Shown: one piece after another, positions 58,617 to 64,000 of the stretch
How the letters are laid out: each line of letters starts with the position of its first letter
Numbering within the stretch: the first letter of the stretch is position 1
Notes under the pieces: model-generated
Told to the model about the DNA's origin: nothing
Databases searched by the model: none
What the model saw: the letters and a program-made list of their open reading frames with translations, nothing else
Position numbers and translations under genes: made by a program
DNA from: Paecilomyces variotii
Lineage: Eukaryota
Reading direction: 5' to 3' (one strand)
DNA length: 64,000 nt
NCBI GenBank assembly: GCA_004022145.1
Contig: RCNU01000012.1

Positions 58617-61600
58617 GCGTATATCCTTTTTTGATTCCGTTCAATCCATTCTCTGGACGAGAATCGAAGTGGGAAGTTGTATTATTTTTTTTTTGTTGGG
58701 AAAATTGCATGTCTAGAGGCGGGGTTTGTGTAGGGAGAAAAACGTGGAGAGGAAATATTTAGCCGAACGGGAATGATGAAGTATATAGATAGAATCGGAG
58801 AAATTGATTTACAGGATACTCACCAAAGCCAGTTCATGAGCTTCTTTCTACCTGAAGGGCGCAGAAGCAGAAAGAGAAATGTAACATCCTTTGTTTAGTA
58901 GTTATCGCCGGGATTAATAGCTAGTGTAAATGTATGTACTGTACAACAATATATGAAGCCGAAGCGCTGAATTTACATCTGCACTATTTACAGGCCAAAC
59001 CTACTGCAATATGCTTGTGTGAAGATCTAGGATCACGGAAGCAAAGATTCCGAGAAAGCATATGAGAAGGGAATGATCTCTGGATTGCTTGAAGAACTAA
59101 TCGACACCGGAAAATATCAGCTATTTATGCTCCTCGACTCTATCCCAATGCCTCGACAGTTCTGAGCTGAGCTGAACATCTAATGAAACTGTTCCATGGT
59201 TCTACTCCCGTCTTTATTGATTCCATGCAGGTCGATCTAGGTAGCTTCCCGTTGCAGCTGCTATCCGGTTTGTATAGGGAACACAGCAGGTTTGCAGCTC
59301 GCCCCTGTAGGAACCGCGAGATCTGACAGCTTGTCGTCAATATATATATATATACCCATCAATATCTATACCAATAATAAACTCGGTCCCGGAAGACGAA
59401 ATCAGGCAATGGTAAACCCGTCGGAGCGCAAAGCGCACGTCCAGGCGATCTGTCAATTATCCGCTTGCAGCAGGTTCTTCGATATCCAAATTATAGGATA
59501 GAATCTACTAGATCACCAAGGTCTAGATTCTTTGTATGCTATAGGAAATAAATGGGTTTAACCCCCTCTAGAACTAGTATCTAGCAAGTCAAGCAATCCA
59601 AGCAGCTTAGATATATCAGCCAACTAGTTCAAGTCAGACACATGCTTCCGTGCCTTTATGATTTGACGTACCCTGCGCGAAGGGAATGAGGAAGTAATGC
59701 TGGAAGGTAAACTGCATATAACACTTCAGAAATATCATATGCCCTAGTTACTGAAAGAGAGACCATGATGGATGTGATCTGGGCGTGTGGAATATGCCAT
59801 TTCCTTATAAGACCCAGGGAACCCGATGGCAAGGAGGTAATCATCGTGCCCAGTAGGTTCTACCATATGAAAGAACCTGCTACAAAAGGATGAGACCTTC
59901 TACACATCTTTTAGAGGCGGCATGGTGCGTCTAGTTGCAATGTGTCCTCTAGGTTATGGAAATTGTGACCGAAACAGTAGTAGGTACCAGGTAGACTACA
60001 CGTTTACATAGACAATTATAGCCTCCTAGGGGATGTTATATCCGGAAGACTACGGTATATACTCAGAGAGCAGAGCTATACAGGGAGAGATACATACCCT
60101 AAGCCGACATAACTTGAGAAACCAACTGTTGCTGTTGTATAGAATTAGAGATATATGGAAAGTGATTACTTCTTATAGTAAGTGATAAGACTATAAATGT
60201 AATAGCTACATATATAGAAAGATATCAGCATTCAAAGAAGTAAGTATATACAGTCGTGAAAGCTAGGTTATAGTGTCAACTTTAGTATTCACTTACTGCA
60301 CAAACAATTTATCTCTTCATTGATATCGATAGAAATATCTGCAAAGACAAACAGAACAATTGGACCTGACTCTCCACAAGACCGTGGTTGATTCGGAGTT
60401 AACTAGAAATCCATGTAGAAAATATATTCAATACTTATGTACATTTGATCTCTGTTCCGGTTAGTAATGCATAATGAAGCTATGGAACCTGCATTGCTAT
60501 CTAAATATCACTTTCTTAAGGGCATATCCGGGCATCTCACTCAATTCTATGCTACCTAGTGAATGGTATCCCTCTGAAATCTAGAGAAAACAACAACATG
60601 CGAGCCAGATATTGCTCCTAGTGGCTAGAACGAGCCCCCCAATGAAAACCTAGGATTTAGATAGTATGGTCTGATCTCCCAGCCACAAGAGACCAACCCC
60701 TTCAGCCGCGCCCATACGGAGATTATTTCTCTCTATCTTGCTATCTATGGACCGCAATCTTCAGGCCTCGACTGAACTCTATATCGGCGTTAACCTTCCC
60801 AGCCGATAGGTCGAGTATCACTCTCTAACGTCGATAAGCACCTAACGTAGATCAAAACTCAAAGCAACAAGTCAGCACGGCCGACGCAGGGCTTCTCGAA
60901 GCCAGGCTAAGGCTTCCATGGAATCTCATCCCTCGTGGCACGAATCATGTCCTGCATGTAACCGCGTCACACGGGACCACATGGTCAGACTAGGGTGTAA
61001 GATGTTGGAAACCAGCGCCAACTCCATCTTTTTTAGGATGATCTTTTCCCACGTGGCGGGGATTTGGATAGCGCCCTCCCGCCACGAGATAGGCAATATT
61101 CTAGAATCCTTCCCCCGTCGTTTCATAGTCCAAGCCCCAGATTGAAGCTGCAGTCCCTGTTGGATGGATGCAGTTTGTGAGAATTTAGTATCCAACGCTG
61201 GCGCCGGCGTCTGTTGGGGGCTGAAAAGAGTAGTGGAAAACGTGGTGAGCCTTGCAGTGCGCCGTCGGCATCTGGGCTGGCTGGTCTGCTAAACCAAGTG
61301 ATCAGCTTGCAGTAGTGGGGAGGAACCCTGAGAAGAGGTTGTCTGTGATCGACAGCAGATGCTGCTGCTCGCTAGACCATGCCATGCCAGGGAAAAGAAT
61401 CGAAGCCAAATTCAAGGTACAGTGGGGAAATGCATGGAACACAGAGAACAACCGAAGGAACAGGATCCTAGCGGAGGAGTAACATGGACATGACGACTAG
61501 ACATGGTAATGAGAAGAATATACTACCTTGATGATCTTTGACTATATAGTTACATAGGTAGGTGGATATGATAGTTACCTTTCTGCTCTCATACCGCCCG

Positions 61601-64000
61601 TCCCGTGCCGGATATGAGATATCAAAGGGAAGATCGAATCCATGAGATAGGTGCATGTATGATTTGTTAGGGATTCCTTTTGCTTTCGAGAAGCATGATA
61701 GTGTTCGAGATCTACACAGGGCTGCCACGAGAGCCAGAGGCACGTCATTCCGAGAGTCTTCTCCACGGTGGTTGGGGAAAGAGCGAAAATAGAAATATGC
61801 TAAAACAGACTTGCGTGCTGCAGCCAGTCAGAGCAATAGAGAGTTGTCGATCATGTTTCCTCAGGCAAGCTATGTCAGACCAACCGCAATGTGCCCAGGA
61901 CTTAGCGAGGCTTGCATTTGGGGGCGGGTTTTGCGTCGGTCGAGGGGCTTGATTTCCTAGACCGTCATTCAACTAGGAATTCGAAGATAGTGGGTAATCT
62001 CGCATCGCATCGCCTGCTGCTTTCTAACATGTAACGTGATGTATTGGATGGGGAAGTATGATTCAACGAAGCAATAGAGGGATGGAATAATCTGAGACAA
62101 ACCACGCGATGAAGATGCAAGGTTGCTGCCTGTGGTAGCGAATGAGAAGGCGAATGACGAGGTGCAGATGTTCTACTGTTGGGTTCCACGGACTGGACGT
62201 AGAATAGGTCTTCGTCGTTGGCCCTAGCATGTCGTTATAGCCTCAAGTGCTTCTCAGAAGATTACGCGAGGAACCAGCCCCGTCTTCATAGCTGCAGATG
62301 ACTAGCCATGGAAGCCAGGGAAGCCGCTTCTATGCATGACAAACATCGACCGCGTATGTTCGGACCAGACGGTCTCAGATCGTCGAGCAAATGGGCTCTC
62401 ATAAAGCCACCACACTGGTGACTGTGGTGAGAAGCCAGGGTCTGTTATCAAGTCGAACCCCGCATCTCTTGCCTCATTCGTCTTCTCCGACTAGTTAGAG
62501 TACTGCGATAGAGGCGGCCTAAAATCTCTAGAAACCTTCTAGAAGACAACGAGACACGGACGGGACGGGTAGGCTGATCCTGGTGGCAGACCAAGGATGC
62601 AGTTTCTTGCACCCTTGATGAACTGTTCTGCAGCTATCAGGGTTTACTCTGCGCTGGCCAATGGCTCTGGCAGGAGCGTGCAGCATCCCGCCTATTGTAG
62701 TTATAGAGCAGTATGTGTTCTCTCTCATCCCATCGCTAGCGCCACCAAGCTTTCGAGGCGATTTCTGCAGATTCCACGTCATCGATATGCTGCACGATAG
62801 TATCGCGGAATCTCATGCCGCCAATGTTCCATTCTGCTCAGGATTGGTCCTCTGAAATGTTCAATTGGCGTTGACCGTTTCGACATCGGCAAGTCTCGGG
62901 ATGGACGATCATCCCGCTTTGCTGTTGAGACCTGAGGATAATAACAATATGGCTCTTGCACTCGTCTTAACGTAAAGAATAAATCACGCCAAACTGAGAA
63001 TGGACAGGAACAGAGCGTATCAAAGGGCCAAGCGCCGGACTGAACTGGTGAGCGGGGCCTGTTGTATCCTACCCTAGTCGGTGTAAGATATCTCCACCGC
63101 TTCATCCTTGTACATGCGCCGAAGTTCTGTACATGTTCCGTGATACCAAGACTAAAGTACGTGAATAGTTCGAGACAGCCCAGCTGAGGAAAGATGAAAC
63201 AACCGGTCTAGAAGATGTCAACCATGTGCCGGGTCTGTATGACGCATCTGGTCGTCTGACTGCGTTAATCAACGGACATCTGCAGGTTCAACACAGTTCG
63301 TCTAGGTCTGCCAGGCACTATCCCCCACGTGTCGAAGGATTGTTGCCACGTCGGACGAAGAGCAGGCTCCGAGTCTAGGTGTTATGTTGACCGCGACCTG
63401 CCTGAAGGATTGACTACCCTGTCACTCACCCGTTTAGTTGGCGAAGATCCTGTTGCGGGAACCATTGTATGGGCGGTAGATCAACCGTCTCCATGTATTA
63501 TAGTGTATTCTCCGACAGAAACTCCCATGGCTATAATCTTTTGTGGCTTTCGCAGAACGAGGATAGATTAGCAGCAACGACAGTAGATAGATGTAACCGG
63601 GTTAATATTAACTTGTTATCTTGATCTGTTTATTACTAGCGAAACTCGGACTGTCATTGGCGTAAGGGACTCAAATGTCAGGAACCGTGGAAAGATGCGA
63701 AGCGGAGCGAGGCCAGAAATGGCAACCCGAGCAGTTGGTAATGTCAGACTGATATTATGTCCATCACTTCTTGTTCCGGACGCAGAGTCTGATGTTCTCC
63801 CCTATGGTAAACTGCATCCTATCCCCGCGTTAATAATAATCGTCTTCGTGGCAGTGCTATTGGAGTCGCTGCGATGTAGACGACGCTAATAACACCATCC
63901 ACATTGAAGTGTGAAATCCAAAGACTGTTGAACATTGGTAATGAGTCAATGACAAATCCAAGGCAGAATGGCAACGAGCCTATCCATAATTAGCAGCAAG

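Overview
Eukaryotic DNA from a filamentous ascomycete, probably Eurotiales (inferred from short GT-AG introns, gene families and the acuD-treB neighbourhood also seen in Aspergillus nidulans). Most of the window is core genome with about 18 intron-containing or single-exon genes: a CHD3/Mit1-like remodeler (truncated by the window edge), two DHA1-type MFS transporters, MRM1-like rRNA methyltransferase, a leaderless pepsin-family protease, ISWI, a HAPSTR1-like protein, a DMAC1/DUF4536 protein, AP-3 mu, fatty-aldehyde dehydrogenase, isocitrate lyase, neutral trehalase, a peroxisomal-type SDR, OTU2, a halide/thiol methyltransferase, an acidic EEPAA-repeat protein, a gamma-glutamyltransferase and an F-box/Cys-rich protein. 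There are also two identical, divergently oriented tRNA-Ile(AAT) genes flanking a decayed Zn2Cys6-type gene. The standout structure is a ~2 kb non-coding, RIP-like AT-rich foldback insertion (44223-46215) with an 8-bp target-site duplication. Its ~1 kb 'polypurine' interior turns out to be the mirror image of the opposite arm with T systematically written as G (and partly C as A), which is either a long-read hairpin artefact or an unusual strand-specific hypermutation. A second notable signal is a probable GUG-initiated mitochondrial presequence on the halide methyltransferase. Exon boundaries were read by eye and are approximate.
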